Source: Azolla caroliniana
Lineage: Eukaryota > Plantae > Polypodiophyta
DNA: 64,000 nucleotides
Direction of reading: 5' to 3'
Assembly: GCA_043228905.1 (NCBI GenBank)
Contig: JBHGNT010000006.1
Span: 19,654,001 to 19,718,000 of the forward strand
The translations under genes were made by a program, and so were the position numbers. Each line of letters opens with the position of its first letter. The stretch's first letter is position 1. A model generated the notes under the pieces. The model worked only from the letters and a program-made list of their open reading frames with translations, was not told the origin of the DNA and searched no databases. Below are positions 13,433-24,448 of this stretch, piece by piece.

Positions 13433-14898
13433 CCGAAAACGGTGACGTTGGCGCCCATGTTCGGGCCGATCCCCATGTCATGGGGCAAACTAACACCTGT
13501 TTCGGGGGGTATGGTCTCCACTGCAGGCTGCAAATCCCCTACAAGATTCTCAGCCGGTCGTTCCCGACCCGCTTCAAATAGATCCCGCGATACATTTGTG
13601 CTCCGAAGCGGTGGCACAACTTGCATCCCTCTATCTAACAGAGTCGTCGCCAAACCAGGTGTTGGTCTTCCTATCTTACCCTTTTCTTTGTCCTTGAGCT
13701 TGCCCGTCCGGATCCACAATTTCACTAATCTGAGGCCACTACCACATTCACGTTCCAACGGGAGGGGGGGCTGTGCCAACTTCTCTTCCGGGGTGGACGG
13801 TACAAGTTGGGGTTGCATCTCCATCGGGGTGGAGAACACGAGTTCGGGCTCCCGCAGGGGAAGGCGTGAGGAGTCGCACGGGGACAACATTGCTGCCAAC
13901 GCTGCTGGGTCGCCATCCCCTAACCCTTGAAGAAGTGTAAATCTGTTGGTAGCTCTCACCTGTAGGTTGGGTGCCTTGGCACTCCCGGAGAGGATCTTTA
14001 CTCGTTTCAAGGGTTGCTCGTCCACGCTTGCTGGTGACAAGGTGGCAGGACTTCTTTCAAAGGGGTGGTCATGAAAAACGGCGGGAGAGGAGGCACCTAG
14101 GCCTCCAAGTTTCCCCTTCTTCTTAACGGGTAGCCAAGGAGCCTCTTCACCCTTGGTTGTCCCAACTTTGCCCGAGGGTCGTGGTCCCGAGCTTCCCTTT
14201 CTAATCTTACGAGGACACTCCTTAGCTAGGTGTCCTGTCTGTTTGCAAATGAAACACTGCCCCGGGAGTCCCTCATAAACCACTTTTACCACTGTGAGGC
14301 CTAACTCCTCAGAGTAGAGTCTAATCCTTGATGGAAGTCCATGGAGGGAAGGCACCAAGATACGCAACTTGGGCACCTCCGTGACTGTGTCTGCCATTGA
14401 CGCTTTTTGAGGGCATATCATCCCTACTTGTTCGCCAAAAAGAGGGAGCAGATGGTACAAATGTGGAGGGAGGCCAGGAAATGTTGCGGTGATCACCCTA
14501 GGGTTGTTGAGTTTCCGTAACTCTTCGATCGGATTGAACCCTGGTGACCATGGTTGGAGCAACACCTTGCCGTACTTCAGTTCGAGTACCTTGAGCTCGA
14601 CCAATGGTTGCGCCAGCAAGTCATTACCTAATTCAATGTGGAAGAAGTTTTTCCCTAAACCCCTGACACTCTTGATTACCGGCATGTTCTCCAACACAGC
14701 CACCTGAAACATGTCCCGAACCATGCCCCGACTTGGTCTACCTGCCAGAAACCTACATAGGAAGGAGGTACGCCGTAGGCGTTCGATTTCTTCCGCTAAG
14801 ACACGGTTAGCCTCAGGGGACAGGGTAATGGCGAGATCTGATCCACCTTCTTCATCAAGCAAACTGGGCGCTGGTGGAAGCTCGATTCCTCCCATCAT
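13429..14898 (-). CDS. LINE ORF1 (DUF4283-like domain plus CCHC zinc knuckle)
   Basis: 489-aa open frame with LQPWSPGFNP, FPGLPPHLY and YEGLPGQCFICKQTGHLAKECP. Confidence 0.9.
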   Translation of the reverse strand: MMGGIELPPAPSLLDEEGGSDLAITLSPEANRVLAEEIERLRRTSFLCRFLAGRPSRGMVRDMFQVAVLENMPVIKSVRGLGKNFFHIELGNDLLAQPLVELKVLELKYGKVLLQPWSPGFNPIEELRKLNNPRVITATFPGLPPHLYHLLPLFGEQVGMICPQKASMADTVTEVPKLRILVPSLHGLPSRIRLYSEELGLTVVKVVYEGLPGQCFICKQTGHLAKECPRKIRKGSSGPRPSGKVGTTKGEEAPWLPVKKKGKLGGLGASSPAVFHDHPFERSPATLSPASVDEQPLKRVKILSGSAKAPNLQVRATNRFTLLQGLGDGDPAALAAMLSPCDSSRLPLREPELVFSTPMEMQPQLVPSTPEEKLAQPPLPLERECGSGLRLVKLWIRTGKLKDKEKGKIGRPTPGLATTLLDRGMQVVPPLRSTNVSRDLFEAGRERPAENLVGDLQPAVETIPPETGVSLPHDMGIGPNMGANVTVFG

Positions 14899-15360
14899 AG
14901 CGAGATTATGTGTCTTGCGAGCCTAGGTTGTATGTGTTGTTCTTCCCTTCCCCCTTTGTTTTGTGTTTTTTTTAATGTGTTACTTTGCGTTTTCTAGTTG
15001 GGGGAGGGAGGGAGGATTGTGTGTGAGGGTACCTAAACAGCAGTTCGCGTTGTGCTCCTCCTCTTGCTCTGTTGGACAGCGCGCGTGTTCCTCAACGTGC
15101 ACCTACTCCTGCTCCTGCTCGCCTTTTTCTGCTGTTCCCACTCCGCGCTCTGCTGCATTTGCTCCTGCCAACGCTCTGCTGCTTATTACCTGCAGTTCTC
15201 CAGTGTGACGGCCTGGACAGCAGTTGGCGCCTCTTGCTCTGTTGGGCAGCGCGCGCGTTCCTCAGCGTGCACCTGCTCCTGCTCCTGCACGCCATGTCTA
15301 CGCGCCCTGTTCCGCTGCGTTTGCTCCCGCCATCGCTAATCCCTACTTCTAACTTTCCTC

Positions 15361-16058
15361 TATATAATATGTAATTTATTTTTGTGTGTTTTGTATGTAT
15401 ATATGCATTTGTGTATGTATATATGTATGTAATATGTAATTTTATTGTATGTATTATGTACATATTTACATATGGTAATATATATTTGTACATATATTTA
15501 TGTTTAGTTAATATGTATGTATAAATGAGTGTAATGTATGTATATACATATTCATGGATGTGTGATGTGTGATATATGAATGTAGCTTGTAGGTATATAT
15601 GCATGTGTGATGTGTGTTATGTTTATGTGTGTATGTATGTACATATTGTATTGTATTGTATGTATGGAATGTGTGTATGTGTATATAATATATATATACA
15701 TATATTATTATATATAATATGAATTTTATTTTGTGTGTGTTTGGTTTGTATATTTGCATTTGTATATAATTGTGTGTATAATAATAAATGTGTGTAATAT
15801 GTAATATATAAAATATGTTTGGACGGAAGTGTATGTATAAATGTAATATGTAGTTTTTATGTATGTATGTCAATATATATGGCCAATTCTAATCATAGTT
15901 CTAGCCCTACGTCTCATTCGTGTCATACTCAAACGCCAATATTCGTATCATACTCATACGTGAAAAGGCTCCAAGTATGATTGAAATCCATACGCGGTAC
16001 ATAGATATATTATATATACATATGGTGTATATGGTGTACATAGTGTGTGTGTGTGAGG

Positions 16059-16109
<51 letters not shown>

Positions 16110-17000
16110 TGTGTGGTCTAGAGAGAGAAGCCCTGTTTTGCATGTGTGAGGAGACAGTGATTGAGTGTATATCTAGACTCTAGAGAGAGAGAGAGAGAGG
16201 AGCTATGGGTTTTGTCTGTGTGAGGGAGTATGTAATATGTATATTAGATATCTAGATTTTGTAGAGAGAGAAAATCTGTCAGTTCTCGTGTGAGAGAGAG
16301 AGAGAGAGAGTGTGTGTATGTGTGTCAGATGTCACTTCTATTCACAAAATATTATGAATATCAAAAAAAAAAAAACCAAAAAAAAGTCAAAAAAAAAAAA
16401 AAAACCAAACGAATATCGCGTATCATACGCGTACGTTTGCAAACGTTCGCGTACGTCCAGTAAATTGGACGTACGCGAATATTAGGAACTATGATTCTAA
16501 TATGTATGTAGTATGTAATGCATGCATGTATGTGTATGTACATATTTACATATGGTAATATATATTTGTACATATGTAATATATAAAACATGTTTGTAAG
16601 GAAGTGTATGTATAAATGTAATATGTAATTTTTATGTATGTATGTATTATCTATATATGTATGTCAATATATATGGCCAATTCTAATATGTATGTAGTAT
16701 GTAATGCATGTATGTATGTATGTACATATTTACATATGGTAATATATAAAATATGTTTGTAAGTGTATGTATAAATGTAATATGTAATTTTTATGTATGT
16801 ATTATCTATATATGTATGTCAATATATATGGCCAATTTTAATATGTATGTAGTATGTAATGCATGTATGTGTATGTATGTACATTTTTACATATGGTAAT
16901 ATATATTTATCTTTAGTCAGCATGCATGTATAAATGGGTGTAATGTATGTGTGTATATACATATTCATGGATGTAATGTTTGAATGTATGTATGTATGTA
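15361..17000. repeat. TA/TATG-rich degenerate tract with roughly 160-180-bp tandem units
   Basis: Unit ATATATGGCCAATT(C/T)TAATATGTATGTAGTATGTAATGCATG recurs at about 16670 and 16824. The copy at about 15875 is split by the MITE. Confidence 0.85.
15894..16493. mobile_element. Non-autonomous TIR element (MITE, hAT- or P-type), 600 bp
   Basis: 8-bp TSD ATTCTAAT at 15886-15893 and 16494-16501. Termini CATAGTTC and GAACTATG. An uninterrupted empty-site unit lies at about 16675. Internal (GA)n. Confidence 0.85.
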
Positions 17001-17244
17001 TGCCACTTCAAATTTGAGTATTGTTTGCATAATATATTCTTTACTATCTCATTGAAATATCTAATATTTCATGGGCTTATGTAATTTTTTTTTCAGCATA
17101 ATTGATAATACCCTTATGTAAAAATATTTTCAAATCTTTATTAATACCCTTATGTATATATATTCTGTATCTCACTGATTAATTAAAACCCCTTTTGATG
17201 AACCCACGTGCTATCATACAAGTTTTGATAGTGAAGTCCCCGGG

Positions 17245-17928
17245 ATCTCGACTTACTCGTACCTATTTAGTCCGACGGTTATAACACTTATACCCCATCT
17301 GCTCATGCGAGTAACTGACTAGGATGCATTTCTCCGACTTTGGATCTAGCTTCTTCTGCTTCTCATCCGGTACATGCACATATGCTATGTTGCCAAATAT
17401 CCGAAGGTGTCTCAAATTCGGTTTCCGCCCGAAATACAGCTCATGTGTTGACACCTTGTCTCCGATCCGGTTTTGGATGTAGATGGTTGTCCGGACCGCC
17501 TCAACCTAGTAGAATTGAGGCATGTTCTTCTCCTCCAACATTTCCCTTGCCGCGTCGACAATCGACCGGTTCTTCCTTTCGGCCACACCATTTTGCTCTG
17601 GTGAATATTTGCAGCTGAATTCTCTCCGAATTCCGTTCTGCTGCAGATAACTGTTGAATTGGCCAGAAAAGTATTCTTTTCCGCCATCTGACCGCAAGGA
17701 CTTGATCTTCCTCTCCGTTTCCCGTTCAACTAAGCTTTGCAAGTTTCGGAAACATTCGAAGACTTCGGTCTTCCTCTCAATGAGGTAGATCCATGTGTGC
17801 TGGTTGTAGTCATCGATGAAGGAGAAGAAATACCGACTCCCACCAGGACTAACGTTCTGTGTCGGACCCCATACATCTTAATGGATTAGATTGAGCTTGT
17901 TACGGCTCTGGTTTCGTACGGTGGGGAA
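17245..17928 (-). mobile_element. Ty1/copia integrase region, continuing 1-1797, 5'-truncated
   Basis: LRSDGGKEY, PEQNGVAERKNR and KLDPKSEKCI. Matches 43010-43670. Confidence 0.93.
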
Positions 17929-20900
17929 CTGCCGGTAGTCATTGTCGTTGTTATGGTTCCATGCTAATAACTTGGCCTCTTATATTGTTGGCCTTGCATA
18001 AATTTTATATTCTGCATATTTAAAGAAGTATGTAGTGGGATGTTCTCTGACCAACTGTCTTCTTGCGTCTACCGAGCATGATCCCCCAATCATGTATAGA
18101 TGTATTAATCGCGTTTTCTTACGTCTAAATCGTCTAAAGATGAACACTCATCAAGATCAACCGTTACAATAAATGGAACAACTGTAGCATGGAGATTAAT
18201 CTTCATTTTCTTTTTCAAGTTCTGGACATGTAGTTTTATGAGGCTCTCTGATCTCTAATGATCGACGCCCAACCATTTCATTTATAGGTGGGCGATGGAT
18301 GTGAGTGATGGGGATATTGAAGACTTGGCCCTTCCGCACAAGCTTTCTATGAATGATCTCTCTCTTCTAATATTGTTTTGCTTGGTCGAAAGCACACCGG
18401 ATGACAACTCTGCCTCTTATTCAAACATTTTTGTCACTTTCTTCTTAGCATGCCTCGAGTGTGTGAAAGATATTTTTGGTGCTACCTTTACGGGAGAAAG
18501 AGAAGCCTTCTTGAATGACACATGGCCTTGTATATATGGTTGCCGTCATAGATTGACATATTCGCATTCATGGGGTTTCCCATTCGAATGCAAACGAATA
18601 CACATATGAATGCAGGTCAAGTATTTGTTTAATCCCCCCCCTCCCCACAGAAAAAAAGAGAGTACAAGAACTCCCTCCTTTTTGAGTTTCCTAGGATGAA
18701 AAAAAGGGACTTGACAGTAAAAAGGGACATTAAAAGAGGGACTTTACACTAATAAATATTTTTTAATAAATGTAAAAGTATTCAGTTTTTTAATAAATAA
18801 ATAAAATAAAGGGTCACTAATTCCCCACTTTTCATTCTCTCAAAATTTATGTATATTTTTATCTTGACATTAAAAATTGGACTTTACACTAAATATTTCT
18901 ATAATAAATATAAAAATATTTGTTTTTTTAAAATTAATTAATTAAAATAAAGGTTCATAAACTTCCCCCTTTTTTATTTCACACTATCAAGGAGAGTTAA
19001 TACTAATCATATTTTTATAATCTATTGATGAATGATTGTTCTTTTTTTAGTGAATTAAATTTATTTTAATTAATTAATTAATATTTTGTATATTTATTTT
19101 GCAAAACTAATGGTTTTATAATATTCTTGGCGCCATTTTGTATTCTCGAATATTGCGAATATAACACATGGAGAATATGATGAATATCATGCATGTGTCA
19201 ATCTATGGTTGCATTGTAGTTATTAAGTTATTGGATGTGTCCATGGACACCTTGAAAGATTTAGGACCACATGAATCTTTTACTAGTCTGTCTTCGGACA
19301 CGTACATTTTTCGAACTCCCTTTGAGCAATCTACTAAAAGAATTAGATTTTGGGAGTTGGGGTCCTCGTAGTTCAATCTTAAGATCTAACCATAACTGAA
19401 AGGGTGGTCCTCCTCAAGTTTTTTGTGTCCCTTATTACGAGTTGTTAAGAGAACCACCTTCTTATTCGAGTCGACATATTGCATAGCCCACTTGTAATCA
19501 GTCATGTCTTTGTCAACTAAGGTTTCCCCTCCTAATCTGGAGTGAAGGTTTTGTGGTCTGTGCTCTCGTGCGCTCTATGCTAGTTTGTGCTCTCGTGATG
19601 AGAAAATGAGGAGGTGCTCCTATTTATAGGGGCAAGCAATTAAGTAGGGATAGTTACTATGAAAGTGTTTTTAGAATTAAAGGTATTGAACACTAGAAGA
19701 ATATAAGGTATGGAGCATTCACATTTGGTGGGCAAGAACACAAACCAAGATCTTAAGGAGAAGTCAAACTAAAAGTAAGAGACATGGAGAAAAGTAAAAG
19801 GAATAAAAACAGTCTAAAAGGAACGGTCATAGCACTTTCGTTTGAATATCATGTTCAAATATGGGTTGGAAAGCACGTGAAGAGAGTTATCCTTAGAGGG
19901 AGATATGACAATTAGAAGGTTGTTGTGTCATAGCTAAAAATAGGAGATGAAAAAATTCTTAAAAAAGCATGAAAAAGAAACAATGGTGGAAGAATAAGAT
20001 ATTTATAAAAAGAGAGAAGATGAGGATAGAAGAGGAACCTAGGAAGTGATACCTTTGTAATAAGGGGAGGAGAGTAAGGTTGTGTGGAGAGGCTCTTGGT
20101 CTTTTCTTTGTATGGGTGTTTTCTTTCCCGTTCATGTAGGGTGTTTGAGGTGTTATCAATATATCTTTGTAGATTTGGAAATATATATCTTTTCTGTCTC
20201 TTCCTTCCATCATGATCATTCATTATCAATAAATCTTTGTAGATTTGGATTTATATATCTTCATTTTCTCTTCTTTCTATCATCACATTTCATTTTGGCG
20301 CTCCAGGGAGGGTCAGTCTTTTCTGCATCTTGGGAAAATTGATTGTGTTGTTGTATTACGTGGATATGGCTTTTCAATTTGCCTTTGCAGGTGATGGTGT
20401 TCTGTATGCAGGAGAATTTTTGGCATCCTTCGAGCATCACGCGATTTCAATTGGGAAGGTGAATGACATAGAGAAACTTCCCTTGTTGGTAGCAACTTTC
20501 TACTCAAGGGCCCGGGAGTGGTATGAGTCACTATCTCCCAACCAACAAACCAACTACCAATTGCTCGTTCAACAATTTCGAAGCAAGCATATCCGACATC
20601 GTAATGTGATGGAGGCACAAGAGGAACTCTTCGCGTTGCGTATGACAACATGATGGAGTATACGAAAGGGTGTTCAAAGATCTTTGGTCAACATGGATCC
20701 ATCTACGAGGATGTGTAGAGGACGAGTACTTCGAGATGGATCGCTTCAAGGCGGCCTTGAATCCTTACTTTGCAATGGAGGCGAATTTGAAGGACCCAAC
20801 CAATTTTCAAACTCTTATACAACTGTGTCAAATTTATGATAGAGAACTAAAAGTGATGCGAATGGGAGTTGATACAACGGTGGCAATAACTGGTGCGAAT

Positions 20901-21169
20901 GTGGTGCCGACTCTAAACGCTCCACATCTATCCTCTACTGTACATGGAGGACAGGTTTTTCCGAACATATTTAATTCTAATATAAATAACCAAGCTAGTA
21001 CACCAATGATGTGAGATGTAGATAATCCAAGAATTGATGGAGGTTTCCCCGAACAACTAAACTGACGACTTGATGAGCTAACAAATCAGTAAACTCTTCA
21101 CATCTATCCTCTATTGTACATGGAGGACAAGTTTTCCAAACATATTTAATTCTAATATAACTAACCAAG

Positions 21170-21442
21170 TGACAGGAACTACACACTCCGATGAACAACG
21201 CTCGGCCACAACCGAGCTTAGAATCAAACATAGAAAACGGATAATGAAACACACGACACAAAGGAGAGAAGAGTACACAGGATGTTTAACGTGGAAAACC
21301 CTGAGAGGGAAAAACCACGGGAGTCCACAGACTCCAAACTATCACTATATCACAATGATTACAACAGTGAGCTCACGGAGGCAACGACCTCGTGCTCACG
21401 ATCTTCGCCACAGGCAGCGGTTACAACAGAGGCAACGACCTC

Positions 21443-21487
<45 letters not shown>

Positions 21488-21959
21488 ACTGTTACGTGCT
21501 CTCTAGTCTTGCACCAACAAGAATGACAACAACCCCCCCCCCCCCCTCCCCCCATCATTCTCTGTTTGCCCTAAGTCATATTTATACTAATATGACTTTT
21601 CAGCTATTTACAAATATAGCCCCGATGGACTCTCAGAAACATATTTACAAATATGTCCCTTCATACGGTGAGCACTTCTCACCGGGCCTTCATCATCCGG
21701 CCCTTGCTGGGTACTCCTCATCCAGTTCTCACCGGGTCTTCCGTAGCCGGGTACTCCTCATCCGGTTCTCACCGGGTCTTCCGTAGCCGGGTAGTCGTCA
21801 TCCGGTTCTTACCGGGTCTTCCGTAGCCGGGTAGTCGTCATCCGGTTCCCACCGGGTCTTCCGTAGCCGGGTAGTCCACATTCGGTTTCGGCCGAGGCCG
21901 TGTTTACTCATCAGTACTGTTCTTCTCACTTCCCATCCGGAGGGACCTGTTTCCTAACA
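21170..21959 (-). mobile_element. Solo LTR related to the LTR at 51267-51950
   Basis: TG...CA ends. 5-bp TSD CCAAG at 21165-21169 and 21960-21964. Shares GCTCGGCCACAACCGAG, GAGAGAAGAGTACACAGGAT and CCCATCCGGAGGGACC with that LTR. Confidence 0.92.
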
Positions 21960-22938
21960 CCAAGATAGTATACCAATGATGTGAGATGTAGATAATCCAA
22001 GAATTGATGGAAGTTTCCCCAAACAACTAAACGGATGACTTGATGAGCTGACGAATCAATTCCGCCAAATTCTACGCATCCCGGTTTGTTATTCTTGTGG
22101 TGTTGAAGGTCATATTGCTACGTGGTGTCCTTCGAGAGGACAAGGAGGTTTAGGAAAAGGTATCTATCAAGTTCAAGGAGGTTCAAATTCCCCTAACAAC
22201 CATGCAAATAATAATAATCAAGTTTCTAGTGATGGAGACCATTGCCAATGGCTTAAGTTCCAACAATACGTCCTAATGTAAATCTTCTTGATTTTATGTA
22301 TGATACTGACAATGATTGTGATGTTGTTCCAATCAAGAGAACTTGAGCAACCCATAAGGGAAAAGAGGTGGAAGGGGAGTCAAGTAACCCTCAAATAAAG
22401 AAAAAAGCTGAGTTTAAGATGGAGAATCCTTCAAAAAGGTGTCGTTCAAGGAGAATGATCAATATGGAGCACATGCCCATGGGGAAAGGAGTGGAGCTTT
22501 TTTATCTCAAGCAAGAGTTGATTGCTAATGGATCCTAGATCACATGACCGCAACTTCTTGAACTCTCTCCAAAGATACAAAAGGAATGGGGACGACTAAT
22601 GAGCTGCATACATCAAAGTACCAAAACTGTGCACTATGCGGGAGTTGTACGAGTGAAGGAACGAAAGGATATCCGACCTACAATACCGGTATCTATAAAA
22701 GGTTATATTGTTAAGGATGCTTTAGTGAATAGTGGTGCTAGAATAAGTCTTATCTCAGAAGTCCTCATAAGTAAGATTGGTATTCCCATTTGTAAAAGTT
22801 CCTCTGTGAATGTAGCTATAGTTGATGGAGGCTTAGTACCTTGCATGGGGATTATAGAAGATCTTATCCTTGAGTGTTTTGGTATATGTATTTCTATGGA
22901 TTTCCATGTTATTCCCCTTAAGGGATCCTCTTATTCCT

Positions 22939-23251
22939 TGTTGAGTGAGCAAGCTCAACATGATCCGGATTGGCTGAATAAGCCAAGAGCCTCATCGGTG
23001 TCTGGAACGGAGAGCCAGATTGGTGTCCGGATCTGAGTGTAACCGATAGGCCGTTAGAGGCCCATGATTCTAGCCTAGTACGTAGGCAAATTTTTAGGAG
23101 TCAATGTCAGTTGCACGGTACGAGCATTGAAGTACAGGTTAATACTTCTATTAGTCCTTTAAGGACTTGTATAAAAAGTGTTCTAGGATATTTATATGTA
23201 CAAAGTAATTTTTGAAATTGAGTTTATGTTGTTCTGCTCTCTCTCTCTCTG

Positions 23252-23299
<48 letters not shown>

Positions 23300-23394
23300 G
23301 TGTAATCTCTGTGTTTCGTAAACCTGCACATATTTACCTTTAATATCCGGTGAAGTCGGTTTTGTCTACGAGCTTCCACACGTAACCCTTTTCA
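22939..23394 (+). mobile_element. Solo LTR related to the copia family at 40943-46487
   Basis: TGTTGAGTGAGCAAGCTCAAC...TTCA. 5-bp TSD TTCCT at 22934-22938 and 23395-23399. Interrupts the protease frame. Confidence 0.92.
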
Positions 23395-23919
23395 TTCCTT
23401 AGTGTTGGGAAGAACTTGGATGCAAGAACTAAATGTAATTCAGGATTGCAGTAATGGTCTAATGACTTTGGCACCACATGCAACTATCGAGCTCTGCAAC
23501 ATCAACAAAGCACACGCAGAGCACTCATGCTTTCTTCGACAAGGTTAATTACGTAGAAGAAATAGAGGACAACATGCCGATGGAAGTATTTGAGCGATTA
23601 AGACGATGGATGGAGACGAAAGGCCTACAAGTGTACCTCCAAGTAGTGAACGTTGAGCTTCACTGTTACAGGCATGACCATATAATATCCTGTGGTGAGA
23701 ATTTACCGTAGTATTATATACACGTGGATAAAGTGTGAGGCGTAAACGAGAGTGAAAGAAGGGGAGGATTACTTGTAATCATCGGTATTGAGACAACCCA
23801 TTAGGCCAAGTGTGAACTTGCATGGGAACCTTCGGTCTGGCTATAAATATATCTAACTACCCTCATTTGACACATGATTGACTACGTCGAGACTCATTAT
23901 AATGTATGGAGTTTGGGCT

Positions 23920-24448
23920 GCAACTCGATTCATTGTATCGAGTTCAAGTCCGAGGAGCCTCAACTCAATACAGTGTTGCGAGTTGGGACTCCAACTCGTT
24001 ATATTGTATTAAGTTGGGACTTCAAGTGGATACATTGTATCAACTTGGAGTCCCAATTGGATGCATTGTATCAAGTTGAGGCTCTTGGGACTTCAACTGA
24101 TACATTGTATCGAGTTGGTGCACCTAGGAGCCTCAACTCGATACATTGTATCGAGTTGGTGCACCTAGGAGCCTCAACTCGATACATTGTATCGAGTTAG
24201 GTCTCCTATGAGCCTCAACTCCATACAATGTATCAGATTGGAAAGTCAACCCGATACATTGTATCTAGTTGACCTTCCAACTCCATACAATGTATTGAGT
24301 GGGTCTCATAGCCACTCGATACATTGTATCGAGTTGAGGCTCATAGGTGCCCTAACTTGATACATTGTCTCCAGTTGAGGTGCACCAACTCGATACAATG
24401 TATCGAGTTGAAGTCCCAAGAGCATCGACTTGATACAATGTATCGAGT
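23920..24448. repeat. Array of the 25-bp palindrome CAACTCGATACAWTGTATCGAGTTG (left part, about 15 copies)
   Basis: Seen directly, e.g. at 24134-24158 and 24386-24410, with short recurring spacers. Confidence 0.9.

Larger units (their letters stand above)
8928..15360 (-). mobile_element. Full-length L1-clade LINE retrotransposon
   Basis: 14-bp TSD TATATAATATGTAA at 8914-8927 and 15361-15374. A-rich tail at 8928-8943. ORF1, ORF2 and a 5' UTR of about 460 bp are present. Confidence 0.93.
1798..17244 (-). mobile_element. P-superfamily-like DNA transposon, 15.4 kb including nested insertions
   Basis: 8-bp TSD ATCTCGAC at 1790-1797 and 17245-17252. 17-bp TIRs CCTAGGGACTCCACTAT and (reverse complement) CCCGGGGACTTCACTAT. 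Removing the element restores a sequence collinear with the copia copy near 43660. Contains a P-like transposase. Confidence 0.85.
19920..23470 (+). mobile_element. Decayed Ty3/gypsy element (LTR remnant, PBS, gag, zinc knuckle, protease); left boundary uncertain
   Basis: ...TTTCA is followed by PBS-like TGGCGCTCCAGGGAGGG at 20296-20312. Gag-like AREWYESL (20330-21014), CYSCGVEGHIATWCP (about 22087-22130) and protease ALVNSGARISLIS. LVLGRTWMQEL resumes after the solo LTR. Confidence 0.75.

Noticed and set aside
9122-14926. Plus-strand ORFs overlapping the LINE, and similar antisense ORFs over the copia and gypsy genes
   Set aside because: Shadow frames of GC-rich TE coding sequence with no recognisable motifs.
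17930-19900. Short ORFs, an AT-rich duplication of about 140 bp (about 18725-18975) and an LTR-like TATA segment near 19620
   Set aside because: No assignable motifs or boundaries; probably old TE debris.
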